NCBI GenBank assembly: GCA_964448305.1
Contig: CAYUWB010000001.1
Span: 11,704-75,703, forward strand
Length of the DNA stretch: 64,000 nt
DNA from: an uncultured Candidatus Ruthturnera sp.
GTDB lineage: Bacteria > Pseudomonadota > Gammaproteobacteria > PS1 > Pseudothioglobaceae
Direction: 5' to 3'
A program made the position numbers and the translations under genes. Below are positions 39,025 through 48,834 of the stretch, one piece after another (within the stretch, counting starts at the first letter, position 1; every line of letters begins with the position of its first letter). The notes below the pieces were generated by a model that did no database searches, had not been told where the DNA came from, and saw nothing but the letters and a program-made list of their open reading frames with translations.

Positions 39025-40557
39025 ATGTCTGACAAACTAATTATTTTTGATACAACCCTTCGTGATGGTGAGCAATCACCTGGTGCATCAATGACCAAAG
39101 ACGAAAAAGTACGTATCGCCAAAGTATTGGAAAAAATGAAAGTAGATGTGATTGAAGCGGGTTTTGCTATTGCGTCGCCTGGTGATTTTGAAGCGGTACA
39201 AGCGGTGGCTAATGCTGTACAAGATTCAACCATTTGTTCTCTTGCTAGAGCGCTAGACAAAGACATTGACCGAGCAGGCGAGGCATTAAAAAATACCAAT
39301 TCTGCGCGTATTCACACCTTTATTGCCACCAGTGATATTCACATGAAAATGAAGCTGAATATGACACCAGATCAGGTAGTAGAGCAGGCAGTTCGCGCTG
39401 TTAAGCGTGCTAGACAATATACGGATAATGTCGAGTTTTCACCTGAAGATGCAGGTCGATCAGATGAAGATTTCCTTTGTCGCATTATTGAGGCAACAAT
39501 TGATGCAGGTGCGACGACAATCAACATTCCTGATACAGTGGGTTATAACATTCCACATCAGTTTGGTGCCACGATGAAGTCGTTGATTGAGCGTATTCCA
39601 AATTCTGATAAGGCGATTTTTTCAGCACATTGTCACAATGATTTGGGTCTAGCGGTTGCCAACTCTTTGTCGGCCGTACTAAATGGTGCCAGACAAGTAG
39701 AGTGTACCATTAACGGTTTGGGTGAGCGTGCCGGTAATACTTCTTTAGAAGAATTGGTAATGGCGGTTAGAACACGTCAAGATATTTTTGAGTGTGATAC
39801 TAACATTGATACCACGCATATCTTGCAAGCTTCGCGCCTAGTTTCTAGTGTCACTGGGTTTATTGTGCAGCCAAATAAAGCAATCGTTGGTGCTAATGCT
39901 TTCGCTCATGAAGCAGGCATTCATCAGGATGGTGTTTTAAAACATCGTGAAACTTACGAAATTATGCGAGCAGAAGATGTTGGTTGGAATGCTAATCAAC
40001 TGGTCTTGGGAAAGCACTCAGGCCGTAATGCCTTTAAAGTTAGATTGGCTGAGCTTGGCGTAGAATTTGACTCTGAAGAAAATTTAAATGATGCCTTTAG
40101 ACGATTTAAAGAATTGGCTGATAAAAAACATGAGATTTTTGATGAAGATCTCCAGGCTTTGGTGTCAGAAACTCAAACTGAATCAAGTGAATCAATTAAG
40201 TTAGTCTCTCTAAAAGTCTGTACTGAAACTGGTGAAGAAAATGCTGCTACGGTTGTACTTTCTATTGATGATAAAGAACAAACTGCCACTGCAAAAACCT
40301 CAGGTGCTGTCGATGCTACTTTTAGCGCCATTAGCTCCTTAGTGGATTTTGAAATCAACTTGCAATTGTATTCGGTATCTAATGTGACTCAAGGTACAGA
40401 CGCACTGGGTGAAGTTAATGTGCGCTTAGAGCACAATGGCCGTATTATTAATGGTCAAGGTGCAGATACAGATATCATTACTGCTAGTGCTAAAGCTTAT
40501 ATTCATGGTTTGAATAAAATTATGGCAGCTACTGATAGGGCGCACCCACAAGTATGA
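39025..40557 (+). CDS. leuA: 2-isopropylmalate synthase
   Basis: [27 protein letters not shown] and HEAGIHQDG motifs, plus the C-terminal LeuA dimerisation/regulatory domain. 510 aa. Confidence 0.95.
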   Translation: MSDKLIIFDTTLRDGEQSPGASMTKDEKVRIAKVLEKMKVDVIEAGFAIASPGDFEAVQAVANAVQDSTICSLARALDKDIDRAGEALKNTNSARIHTFIATSDIHMKMKLNMTPDQVVEQAVRAVKRARQYTDNVEFSPEDAGRSDEDFLCRIIEATIDAGATTINIPDTVGYNIPHQFGATMKSLIERIPNSDKAIFSAHCHNDLGLAVANSLSAVLNGARQVECTINGLGERAGNTSLEELVMAVRTRQDIFECDTNIDTTHILQASRLVSSVTGFIVQPNKAIVGANAFAHEAGIHQDGVLKHRETYEIMRAEDVGWNANQLVLGKHSGRNAFKVRLAELGVEFDSEENLNDAFRRFKELADKKHEIFDEDLQALVSETQTESSESIKLVSLKVCTETGEENAATVVLSIDDKEQTATAKTSGAVDATFSAISSLVDFEINLQLYSVSNVTQGTDALGEVNVRLEHNGRIINGQGADTDIITASAKAYIHGLNKIMAATDRAHPQV

Positions 40558-40973
40558 GTGAAGCGCTAAGATCGCGTTATTTAGAGGCTTTAGGAGTGCC
40601 TGAGTTTTTGTATACTCAAGGCGAACCTGACAATATTGATGAACAAAAAATCAACACACGGTGCTTGGTTATTGAAACTCAAAATTCACGATCTTTTTGT
40701 CAGCCTGGCAAATATCAAGATTTTTTATTGAAGATGTTGAATGCTATTGGTTTGCAGCAGCAAGATATTCGTTGTATTAGTATTAGCACTGATGACTTGA
40801 GCCAAACCCTTGGACAATATAATGCTGAAACAGTCTTACTAATGAGTGAAGGTTTAAATCCATCTTCTGAACGGCATTTTGTTGCCCACCATCCAAGTGA
40901 AATCTTAATGAATGAACAACTCAAACGCGAAGTTTGGGAGGTTTTAAAAAAGATAAAAACATGTCTAAAGTAG
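40554..40973 (+). CDS. Probable DNA polymerase III psi-subunit-like protein (HolD-like)
   Basis: 139 aa, and collinear by eye with E. coli HolD. N-terminal [11 protein letters not shown] resembles QLQQLGITQW, the middle block is [11 protein letters not shown], and the C-terminal [19 protein letters not shown] resembles SPALTDLRANPTARAALWQQI. ATGA overlap with the leuA stop. Confidence 0.5.
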   Translation: MSEALRSRYLEALGVPEFLYTQGEPDNIDEQKINTRCLVIETQNSRSFCQPGKYQDFLLKMLNAIGLQQQDIRCISISTDDLSQTLGQYNAETVLLMSEGLNPSSERHFVAHHPSEILMNEQLKREVWEVLKKIKTCLK

Positions 40974-41662
40974 ATTACACCTTAAAAGGTTATGAGCGTC
41001 CTAAACTCTCTACGCCTAATGGTGAAAAAAAATTATTAATGCATTCATGTTGCGCCCCTTGTGCAGGCGAGATTATGGAGGCATTGGCGGCGTCAGATAT
41101 TGATACAACGATTTTCTTTTATAATCCCAACATTCACCCAGTCGATGAGTACGAACTGCGCAAAGAAGAGAATATTCGTTTTGCTAAAAAATTAGGCATG
41201 CCTATTATTGATGCAGATTATGATCGAGATTTGTGGTTTGATCGTACCAAAGGTCAAGAAAACGAACCTGAGCGTGGTGAGCGTTGTACAACATGCTTTG
41301 ACATGCGCTTTGAAGTCACCGCACAATATGCCAAAGACCATGGCTTTGAACTTATTTCATCAACACTAGGAATCTCTCGCTGGAAAGATATGAATCAAAT
41401 TAATGGTTGTGGTGAAAGGGCGACACAAGCGTTTGATGACATTAGTTATTGGGATTTTAATTGGCGCAAACAGGGTGGTTCATCACGTATGCTTGAGTTG
41501 TCTAAGCGAGAGGAATTCTATCAACAAGAGTACTGTGGGTGTGTGTACTCACTACGTGACACTAATCGTTGGCGAGTGTCTAAAGGTCGAGAAAAAGTTG
41601 AGCGCGGTGTCAAGTTTTACCAAGAAGCCATGGACAAACTATCTGTCCAAACTAAAGCCTAA
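40961..41662 (+). CDS. queH: Epoxyqueuosine reductase QueH (DUF208)
   Basis: [23 protein letters not shown] and QEYCGCVYS cysteine motifs. ATG 40961 overlaps the preceding ORF by 13 nt. Confidence 0.8.
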   Translation: MSKVDYTLKGYERPKLSTPNGEKKLLMHSCCAPCAGEIMEALAASDIDTTIFFYNPNIHPVDEYELRKEENIRFAKKLGMPIIDADYDRDLWFDRTKGQENEPERGERCTTCFDMRFEVTAQYAKDHGFELISSTLGISRWKDMNQINGCGERATQAFDDISYWDFNWRKQGGSSRMLELSKREEFYQQEYCGCVYSLRDTNRWRVSKGREKVERGVKFYQEAMDKLSVQTKA

Positions 41663-42558
41663 TTTAGTAAATATAGTAGCAACGCTTTTTGTGCGTGCAG
41701 GCGATTTTCAGCTTCATCCCACACCAAGCTTTGTTTGCCATCAATCACATCAGCACTTACCTCTTCACCACGGTGTGCCGGTAAACAGTGCATAAATACT
41801 GCATCTGATTTAGCTTGAGACATTAAGCCTGCATCAACTTGAAAATTTTCAAAATCTAGTTCACGTTTTTTTTGTTCAGCTTCTTGACCCATACTAGCCC
41901 AAACATCAGTGACTACTAAGTCTGAATCTTTGCAAGCAGTGTTTGCATCTGCACATAAATTAATATGCTGAGCATGTTGATCAATAAAGTCTTGATCTGG
42001 CTCATAGCCTTTAGGTGTAGCAATGTTAAGTGTAAAACCAAAGGCTTTGGCTGCTTGCATATAAGTATGGCACATGTTGTTGCCATCACCAATCCAAGCG
42101 ACTGTTTTACCTTTAATCGACCCATTGTGTTCTTGGTAGGTCATCATATCAGCCAACAGTTGACACGGATGAGACTCATCCGATAGGGCATTAATAATTG
42201 GCACAGAAGAATTATTAGCAAACGTATTAATATCATCATGTGAAGAAACACGCAACATAACACAATCAACCATAGAGCTAATAACCACAGCACTGTCAGT
42301 GATAGGCTCACCACGACCTAGTTGAATATCTTTATCCGATAAAAATAAAGCATGGCCACCAAGTTGGGTCATACCTGCTTCAAATGAAACACGAGTACGC
42401 GTTGAAGACTTATCAAAAATCATGGCTAACGTTTTGTTTTTTAAAGCATTGGAAATTTCACCCGCTTTATGTTGTTTTTTTAACGCAATGGCTTGATCAA
42501 TGATTTGTTGTAAATCATCATTGGATAAGTCATCTAAATTGATAAAGTGTTTTGTCAT
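41659..42558 (-). CDS. argF: Ornithine carbamoyltransferase
   Basis: [22 protein letters not shown] and [13 protein letters not shown] motifs. 299 aa. Confidence 0.9.
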   Translation of the reverse strand: MTKHFINLDDLSNDDLQQIIDQAIALKKQHKAGEISNALKNKTLAMIFDKSSTRTRVSFEAGMTQLGGHALFLSDKDIQLGRGEPITDSAVVISSMVDCVMLRVSSHDDINTFANNSSVPIINALSDESHPCQLLADMMTYQEHNGSIKGKTVAWIGDGNNMCHTYMQAAKAFGFTLNIATPKGYEPDQDFIDQHAQHINLCADANTACKDSDLVVTDVWASMGQEAEQKKRELDFENFQVDAGLMSQAKSDAVFMHCLPAHRGEEVSADVIDGKQSLVWDEAENRLHAQKALLLYLLN

Positions 42559-42571
42559 GTTGATCTCCCGT

Positions 42572-43729
42572 TTATACGGCGTCGATTAGCTCACAAACTG
42601 TGTTGATAATTGTATCAACTTCAGTTTTATTAATAATAAGGGGTGGCAATAGACGAATCGATTGCCCAGTAATGTTAATCAGTAATTTTTTATCAAGTGC
42701 TGCGTTTAATAAGCCAGAACAGTCTTGATTAAGTTCAATGGCCAGCATTAAACCTTTGCTACGTATTTCTGCCACTTTGTCTGAACCTGCTAGCTTTGAT
42801 TTAAAGCCAGATGTTAAATATTCACCCATTTGTGTGACATTACTAAGAATGGCGTCTTTTTCAATAACCTTGAGCACGCTGAGTGCCGTTTGACAGACTA
42901 AAGGGTTGCCACCAAAGGTAGATCCATGTGAGCCTGGCTGAAATAAGTTTGCCGCTTTGCCTTTGGCCAAGCAAGCACCAATAGGCACACCATTACCCAA
43001 GCCTTTGGCTAAGGTTAAAACATCAGGTGTTATGTTATTGTATTCATGGGCGAATAACTTGCCAGTACGACCAATACCAGTTTGTACTTCGTCTAGTATG
43101 AGTAGCCAGTTATTTTCTTGGCAAATTGCTTGCACTTGGTTCAGATAATCATTAGCCGGAATAATAACACCGCTTTCACCTAGGATAGGCTCTAGCATTA
43201 CAGCAACAACGTTCGCGTTGTTAGTGTGTGCTTTAATAGCATCAACATCGTTAAAATCAACATGAATAAATTCACTGACCAAGGGTGCAAAGCCGTTTTG
43301 TACTTTTATATTGCCGGTAGCGGAAAGTGTTGCCATGGTGCGACCATGAAAACTTCGATTAGCTGTTAAGATAACTGGGTTGTCAATGTTGTTGGCATGT
43401 CCATGTAGACGCGCAATTTTGATGGCGGCTTCATTCGCTTCAGCGCCTGAGTTGCCAAAAAAGGCAGATTCCATATTGGCCAATTGGCATAATTTTTCAG
43501 CCAAGGTTTCTTGGTGTTCAATGTGGTACCAGTTGCTAGTATGGATTACTTTTTGTGCTTGCGATTGAATTGCACGTGATATTTCAGGATGTGAATGACC
43601 CAGCCCTGTAACGCCAACACCACAAAGAGCGTCTAAATATTGATCACCTTTAGTGTCTGTCAGGTAGCAGCCCTTACCTTTAACAAAGGTAACTTCTAAC
43701 GGTGCATAATTTGACATTAAATAAGACAT
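42572..43729 (-). CDS. argD: Acetylornithine aminotransferase (class III PLP)
   Basis: [31 protein letters not shown] and [14 protein letters not shown] motifs. 385 aa. Confidence 0.9.
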   Translation of the reverse strand: MSYLMSNYAPLEVTFVKGKGCYLTDTKGDQYLDALCGVGVTGLGHSHPEISRAIQSQAQKVIHTSNWYHIEHQETLAEKLCQLANMESAFFGNSGAEANEAAIKIARLHGHANNIDNPVILTANRSFHGRTMATLSATGNIKVQNGFAPLVSEFIHVDFNDVDAIKAHTNNANVVAVMLEPILGESGVIIPANDYLNQVQAICQENNWLLILDEVQTGIGRTGKLFAHEYNNITPDVLTLAKGLGNGVPIGACLAKGKAANLFQPGSHGSTFGGNPLVCQTALSVLKVIEKDAILSNVTQMGEYLTSGFKSKLAGSDKVAEIRSKGLMLAIELNQDCSGLLNAALDKKLLINITGQSIRLLPPLIINKTEVDTIINTVCELIDAV

Positions 43730-43765
43730 AGATTTTTTATTAGTGTGTTTTTAAATTGGCCACTA

Positions 43766-43795
43766 AACAAAAAAGCCCCAAAATGGGGCTTTTAT
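43766..43795 (-). terminator. Rho-independent terminator (bidirectional-looking) downstream of the 67-aa gene
   Basis: AAAGCCCC-AAAAT-GGGGCTTT, flanked by an A-run on one side and T-rich sequence on the other. Confidence 0.7.
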
Positions 43796-43813
43796 TACCA
43801 ATCAGAATATTGA

Positions 43814-44017
43814 TTATGATTGGTATTGCAAAGGCGGTGCCATTTGATTGTTAATTTCGTCTAACTCTTGCTTGTAGCCTTCATAGAAAGAACCTGCTGG
43901 TGGGTTTACCCAATCTTCGTATGAAAAACCATTTGTTTCGTTATACTCTTTGAAAGACTTTTGTAATGCAATTCTTTTTGCGCTTAATTCATTAGATTCT
44001 TGACTAACTGCGTCCAT
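43814..44017 (-). CDS. Small acidic hypothetical protein (67 aa)
   Basis: ORF preceded by GGAG (5 nt upstream of the ATG) and followed by a terminator. No family recognised. Confidence 0.45.
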   Translation of the reverse strand: MDAVSQESNELSAKRIALQKSFKEYNETNGFSYEDWVNPPAGSFYEGYKQELDEINNQMAPPLQYQS

Positions 44018-44181
44018 GTTTATCTCCTAAATGTAGAATAAGTAAAAAAGAGTAATTATAACCGTAAATTAGACTTTGTGGTGTTTATTATTTACTATGA
44101 ATTGCAACAAATAGTTTACATTCTGTCTAAGTTTATGTCACAATTGAGTTGAATATTTTTTTAATCTGATAAGGAGCGTTT

Positions 44182-44478
44182 ATGCAATTAAGTATTTCTG
44201 GTCACCATCTCGATATCACCGAGGCAATCAAGCAACATTCTATTGAAAAATTATCTAAAATTAAACACCACTTTGATCATTTGATTAATATCAACATGAT
44301 TTTAGAAGTCGAAAAGGATGTGCAAAAAGCCGAGGCAACGATTCACGTAAGTGGGGCAGATTTATTTGCTAAAGCTGAAAGCAGCGATATGTACGCTTCT
44401 ATTGACCAAATGGTTAATAAGCTCGATTCACAAATTCGTAAGCACAAAGAAAAATTAAACGACCACAGAAGAAATTAA
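44182..44478 (+). CDS. hpf: Ribosome hibernation-promoting factor (short HPF/YhbH type)
   Basis: MQLSISGHHLDITEAIKQH...VEKDVQKAEATIHVSGADLFAKAESSDMYASIDQMVNKL closely parallels E. coli HPF. AAGGAG SD. Confidence 0.85.
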   Translation: MQLSISGHHLDITEAIKQHSIEKLSKIKHHFDHLININMILEVEKDVQKAEATIHVSGADLFAKAESSDMYASIDQMVNKLDSQIRKHKEKLNDHRRN

Positions 44479-44536
44479 AGGTCGTCTGACCTAAGACAAT
44501 AAAACCTTAGGTTAGTTATAAAGGAACATTAATTCA

Positions 44537-45889
44537 ATGTCAGAAGTTGAAAACACTTCTTTCGAAGATTGCCTGCAGAAACTAATGACGTCTCTGGAGG
44601 CATCTTTGTATGAAGAGGCTACTGCTCAACTTGCCAATTTACATTCGGCTGAAATTGCTCGCCTATTAGAAGGTGTTCCGCCTAAAGACCGAACTCAGCT
44701 TTGGTCTAATATTGATGCAAGTACACAGGGTGATATTCTTAAAGATCTAAGTGAAGATGTTCAATCCCAACTTTTAAGTGAAATGGATGTTGACGCCATT
44801 GTAAAAGCCACCGAAGGTTTAGACATGGACGACTTAGCAGATATTGTGCCTGATCTGCCCGAGTCAGCCTTGCATAATTTACTATTAACGCTAGATTATA
44901 AGCACAGAGATCACTTAAAACGTGTTTTATCCTACCCTGAAGACTCGGCTGGTGGGCTGATGAATATTGACATTATTACGGTGCGTGACGATGTCAACGT
45001 GCGCACTGTGATTCGTTATTTGCGCCTGTTAAAAGAAATGCCAAACGACACTGACAAGGTATTTGTGGTTGATCGTTCTTATAAATATTTGGGTTCAATT
45101 CATATTTCAACTTTATTAACCAATGAGGCCGAACAAAACATTAATCCTTTGATTAATAAAATACTCAAGCCCATTCCTGCAGACATGCCCGAAAAAGAAG
45201 TGGCGCACTTGTTTGAGCAACGAGATTTGATTTCAGCGCCGGTTGTTGATGAAAATAATCAGTTAATTGGCCGTATTACCATTGACGACGTGGTTGATGT
45301 CATTCGTGATGAAGCCGAACACTCAGTAATGTCGATGGCGGGTTTAGACGAAGAGGAAGACGTGTTTGCGCCAGTCATGCAAAGCTCTAAGCGTCGCAGT
45401 GTTTGGCTCGGTGTTAATTTAGTAACTGTCTTTATTGCGGTGTTTTTTATTGGTTTATTTGAAGCCACATTGCAAGAAAAAATTGCCTTGGCAATTTTGA
45501 TGCCAGTGGTGGCATCGATGGGTGGTATTGCTGGTACACAAACATTGATTTTGGTAACCCGCGGTATTGCAACGGGTAGGGTGACTACTTCCAATCTTAA
45601 AGTACTCATGAATAAAGAAGTCGCGATTGGCTTATTAAATGGCATGGTTTGGGCAGTTGTTATTGGTGTTTCTACCTATTTTTGGTTTGCGGATTTGACG
45701 TTGAGTATTGTTATTGCATTAGCCGTTATTGTTAATTTGATTTTTGCGGCTTTCTCAGGCGCATTTTTACCCTCATTATTAATCAAACTTAAAATTGATC
45801 CTGCGCTTGCAGGCGGGGTAATTCTTACCACTATTACCGACGTGATTGGTTTTGTGGCTTTCTTGGGTTTGGCTTCACTGGTCATTTAA
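44537..45889 (+). CDS. mgtE: Magnesium transporter MgtE
   Basis: MgtE N-domain, tandem CBS domains, and a 5-TM C-terminal domain with the GGIAGTQTL and DVIGFVAFLGLA motifs. 450 aa. Confidence 0.9.
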   Translation: MSEVENTSFEDCLQKLMTSLEASLYEEATAQLANLHSAEIARLLEGVPPKDRTQLWSNIDASTQGDILKDLSEDVQSQLLSEMDVDAIVKATEGLDMDDLADIVPDLPESALHNLLLTLDYKHRDHLKRVLSYPEDSAGGLMNIDIITVRDDVNVRTVIRYLRLLKEMPNDTDKVFVVDRSYKYLGSIHISTLLTNEAEQNINPLINKILKPIPADMPEKEVAHLFEQRDLISAPVVDENNQLIGRITIDDVVDVIRDEAEHSVMSMAGLDEEEDVFAPVMQSSKRRSVWLGVNLVTVFIAVFFIGLFEATLQEKIALAILMPVVASMGGIAGTQTLILVTRGIATGRVTTSNLKVLMNKEVAIGLLNGMVWAVVIGVSTYFWFADLTLSIVIALAVIVNLIFAAFSGAFLPSLLIKLKIDPALAGGVILTTITDVIGFVAFLGLASLVI

Positions 45890-45902
45890 AACCCTCGCCT
45901 TA

Positions 45903-46790
45903 ATGCCTTTTGTACTTAAGAAATTTAACGCTGTTAAAGGTAAAAAAATTCAGCAATTTTTACTAGATGATGCGGGTTTATCGTCATCAATCTCTCAAAG
46001 ATTATTGGCTAAAAATAGAGTGTTTGATGATCAGGGTAATGCTTTAAAAAATGGTCAAATCCTAAACAGTGAGTATGTAGAAGTAGCTGTATTTGAAGGC
46101 CAGACAAGAGGCCTAAAACCCATCTTTGAAGCTGATGATTTTGCCGTATTTGATAAACCGTCTGGGCTGATGGTACATCCAACCCGTAAAACCACGCGCT
46201 ACAGTTTACTTGATGAAGTCAGACATCATTTTGGCGATAAGGCAGACTTAGTCCATCGAATAGACGCTGAAACTTCAGGTTTGGTTTTAGTGGCTAAAAA
46301 CAAGCAAGCAAATACGCTATTAAAAGCCCTATTCGAAAATAGAGAATGCACCAAAGAATATTTAGCGATTGTTAAGGGTCAGCTAAAGAATGATGTTACT
46401 ATCGACAAACCTATATCAAAATCAGATAGTGCTATCACTATCAGAATGACTTGTGAAAACGAGCAGGGAAAAGCCTCTGTCACTCATATTCAACCTTTAA
46501 AATTTAACGAAAAAAACAACACAACCTTGGTTAAAGCCATGCCTGTCACTGGTAGACAGCATCAGATAAGAGTGCATTTGGATTTAATCGGGCATCGTAT
46601 TTTGGGTGATCCAATTTATGGGGTTGATGATCAAGTGGCTAATCAGTGCCTGAAAAAGACTTTGTCAGAAAAAGAAAGAATTGAGCTAACTGGCGCAAAG
46701 CGACTCATGCTTCATGCGAATAATTTGTCGTTTATTTATAAAGATAAAAAATATGACATTAGTTCAAAATTTAGCAAATTTTACAAATGA
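45903..46790 (+). CDS. RluA-family pseudouridine synthase
   Basis: HRIDAETSGLVLVAKN (catalytic Asp) and TGRQHQIRVHL motifs. ATG 45903 preferred over the ORF-track start, which overlaps mgtE. Confidence 0.8.
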   Translation: MPFVLKKFNAVKGKKIQQFLLDDAGLSSSISQRLLAKNRVFDDQGNALKNGQILNSEYVEVAVFEGQTRGLKPIFEADDFAVFDKPSGLMVHPTRKTTRYSLLDEVRHHFGDKADLVHRIDAETSGLVLVAKNKQANTLLKALFENRECTKEYLAIVKGQLKNDVTIDKPISKSDSAITIRMTCENEQGKASVTHIQPLKFNEKNNTTLVKAMPVTGRQHQIRVHLDLIGHRILGDPIYGVDDQVANQCLKKTLSEKERIELTGAKRLMLHANNLSFIYKDKKYDISSKFSKFYK

Positions 46791-46897
46791 GAAAAACACC
46801 ACTCTAATAACCTTAACAAACCAACTAAAACAGCATAAAAATGGCGTTTTAATCCGAAAAAACAGTTATTTTGGTTGGTTTTACTAAAATTGTATGA

Positions 46898-46920
46898 TGT
46901 GACAGGCCTTGCCTGTCACA
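46898..46920. terminator. 10-bp GC-containing hairpin between convergent genes
   Basis: TGTGACAGGC-CTT-GCCTGTCACA. It has no strong U-tract on either strand, so its function as a terminator is uncertain. Confidence 0.4.
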
Positions 46921-46965
46921 AAAGTGAAAAATTTCAGCTCTGCGAAGCAGTCTTAATAATGCAAA

Positions 46966-48339
46966 TCAGAAGTCTTTGGTAGAAATATCGTTAGCTTTTA
47001 GCCAAATTCTAAATTTTTCTTGAATTTCTTCTAGTGTTTTTTGATTGTCTGCTTCAAAGCGTAATACCAAGCAAGGCGTAGTATTAGAAGGGCGAACCAA
47101 ACCCCAACCATTAGGGTAATCGACTCTTACGCCATCAATGGTGGTGATTTGGGCACCTTCAAAGCTTACATTTTCAGCGAGTTTATCCATCGCATCAAAC
47201 TGCTGACCTTGCTCGTCAAAGTGAATGTTAATTTCTGGTGTGTTAATACTATCAGGCAAATCGGCAAAAACCTCGGCACAAGTTTTGTTGGTTTTTGAGA
47301 TGATTTCTAAAAGCCTTGCACCGGTATAAAGTGCATCGTCAAAGCCGTACCAACGTTCTTTAAAGAAAATATGGCCACTCATTTCACCGCCAAGTGCTGC
47401 ACCCGTTTCTTTAAGCTTAGCCTTAATGAAGCTGTGTCCTGTGCGTGACATAATCGGCTCACCGCCATGCTCGGCAATATCTTTTGGCAGCAAGGAAGAG
47501 CACTTCACATCAAACACAATTTTAGCGCCTTGGTTGCGCTCGAGAATATCTCTTGAATATAAGATCATCTGGCGATCTGCCCAAATAACATTGCCTTTGT
47601 TATCAATCAAGCCAAGTCGATCGCCGTCGCCATCAAAGGCAAAACCCATATCAGCGCCGGTATTTTTTACTTCCTGAATAATATTGATCAAGTTTTCCGG
47701 TTTAGATGGATCAGGGTGATGATTAGGAAAAGTGCCATCTACCAAGCAAAACAGCTTAGTCACGTTAGCACCGAGCTGCTCAAATAATTTTGGCGCAATA
47801 TTACCAGCCACACCGTTGCCGGCATCAACAACAATGTTGAGTGGTTTGTCGAGTTTAATGTCTGATTTGATTCGATCAATATAATCTTGCTCGATATCAA
47901 CTTTGGTCGAAGTGCCGTGGCCGCCATTAAAATCGTTATTTTTAATGCGTTGATACAGCGCTTGAATGCGATCGCCCGAGAGTGTTTCGCCAGCAATCAT
48001 AATTTTAAAGCCGTTGTATTCTGGTGGATTATGCGAGCCGGTGATCATCACCCCTGAAGTGGCAGCCTTGGTATAGGTGCCGTAATACACCAGTGGGGTA
48101 GGCACCATGCCAATATCAACAATATGACAGCCACTTGCTTTTAAACCATCTTTTAAAGCTTCCATTAGCGTGAGGCCACTAAGGCGTCCGTCACGCCCCA
48201 CCACAACACCACGCTCACCTTTGGCGATTGATTCACTGCCAATCGCAAGGCCGATGAGTTTGACTGCTTCAGGGGTAAGATCTTGTTCGACAATGCCACG
48301 AATATCGTAAGCTTTAAAAATGGATTGTGAAATTGGCAT
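46966..48339 (-). CDS. Phosphomannomutase/phosphoglucomutase (AlgC/ManB type)
   Basis: MITGSHNPPEYNGFK (active-site Ser), FDGDGDR and GGEMSGH motifs. 457 aa. Confidence 0.9.
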   Translation of the reverse strand: MPISQSIFKAYDIRGIVEQDLTPEAVKLIGLAIGSESIAKGERGVVVGRDGRLSGLTLMEALKDGLKASGCHIVDIGMVPTPLVYYGTYTKAATSGVMITGSHNPPEYNGFKIMIAGETLSGDRIQALYQRIKNNDFNGGHGTSTKVDIEQDYIDRIKSDIKLDKPLNIVVDAGNGVAGNIAPKLFEQLGANVTKLFCLVDGTFPNHHPDPSKPENLINIIQEVKNTGADMGFAFDGDGDRLGLIDNKGNVIWADRQMILYSRDILERNQGAKIVFDVKCSSLLPKDIAEHGGEPIMSRTGHSFIKAKLKETGAALGGEMSGHIFFKERWYGFDDALYTGARLLEIISKTNKTCAEVFADLPDSINTPEINIHFDEQGQQFDAMDKLAENVSFEGAQITTIDGVRVDYPNGWGLVRPSNTTPCLVLRFEADNQKTLEEIQEKFRIWLKANDISTKDF

Positions 48340-48394
48340 GCTGATAAAATGAATTCAAATAAATGTTTTATTTTAATCATAAAGAGCACACTTA

Positions 48395-48772
48395 ATGAAA
48401 GAACAATTTAAAGTAATTGCACTTGAAAACGAAACGATGACACTGAAAGTGAATCGCTCGGGTGGGTGTCACAGTTGTTCGGCTAGTAGTGGCTGTGGCA
48501 CAGGCATATTGGCTAATTATTTTGATCATTATTCTACGTTTAATAAACCGATTAAAAACGGGGTGAGTGTGGGTGATTTTGTCACTTTAGAGATTTCATC
48601 AGCTGAATTGTTTTCACGTGCTTTTATGCTCTACATTTTTCCAATTTTGGCATTATTTGTTGGTAGTTATACTGGCATGCGTTTATTTCCTGCAACAGAA
48701 TTATGGCAAATAAGCTTTGGAATTCTTGGTTTTATTGGTGCACTTTTATTCACCAAATATTTTGTAAAGTAG
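48395..48772 (+). CDS. rseC: RseC/MucC-family (SoxR-reducing system) membrane protein
   Basis: Cys-rich N-terminus GGCHSCSASSGCG followed by two TM helices. 125 aa. Confidence 0.7.
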   Translation: MKEQFKVIALENETMTLKVNRSGGCHSCSASSGCGTGILANYFDHYSTFNKPIKNGVSVGDFVTLEISSAELFSRAFMLYIFPILALFVGSYTGMRLFPATELWQISFGILGFIGALLFTKYFVK

Positions 48773-48834
48773 GCTTTTAAGGCCTTATAAATTTGGGATA
48801 ATCAGTTTATTTTTATAAACACATTTCGTTTATT

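Noticed and set aside
44479-44536. Mg2+-sensing (M-box) riboswitch upstream of mgtE
   Set aside because: The hpf-mgtE spacer is only 58 nt, far too short for an M-box aptamer, and no conserved elements were seen.
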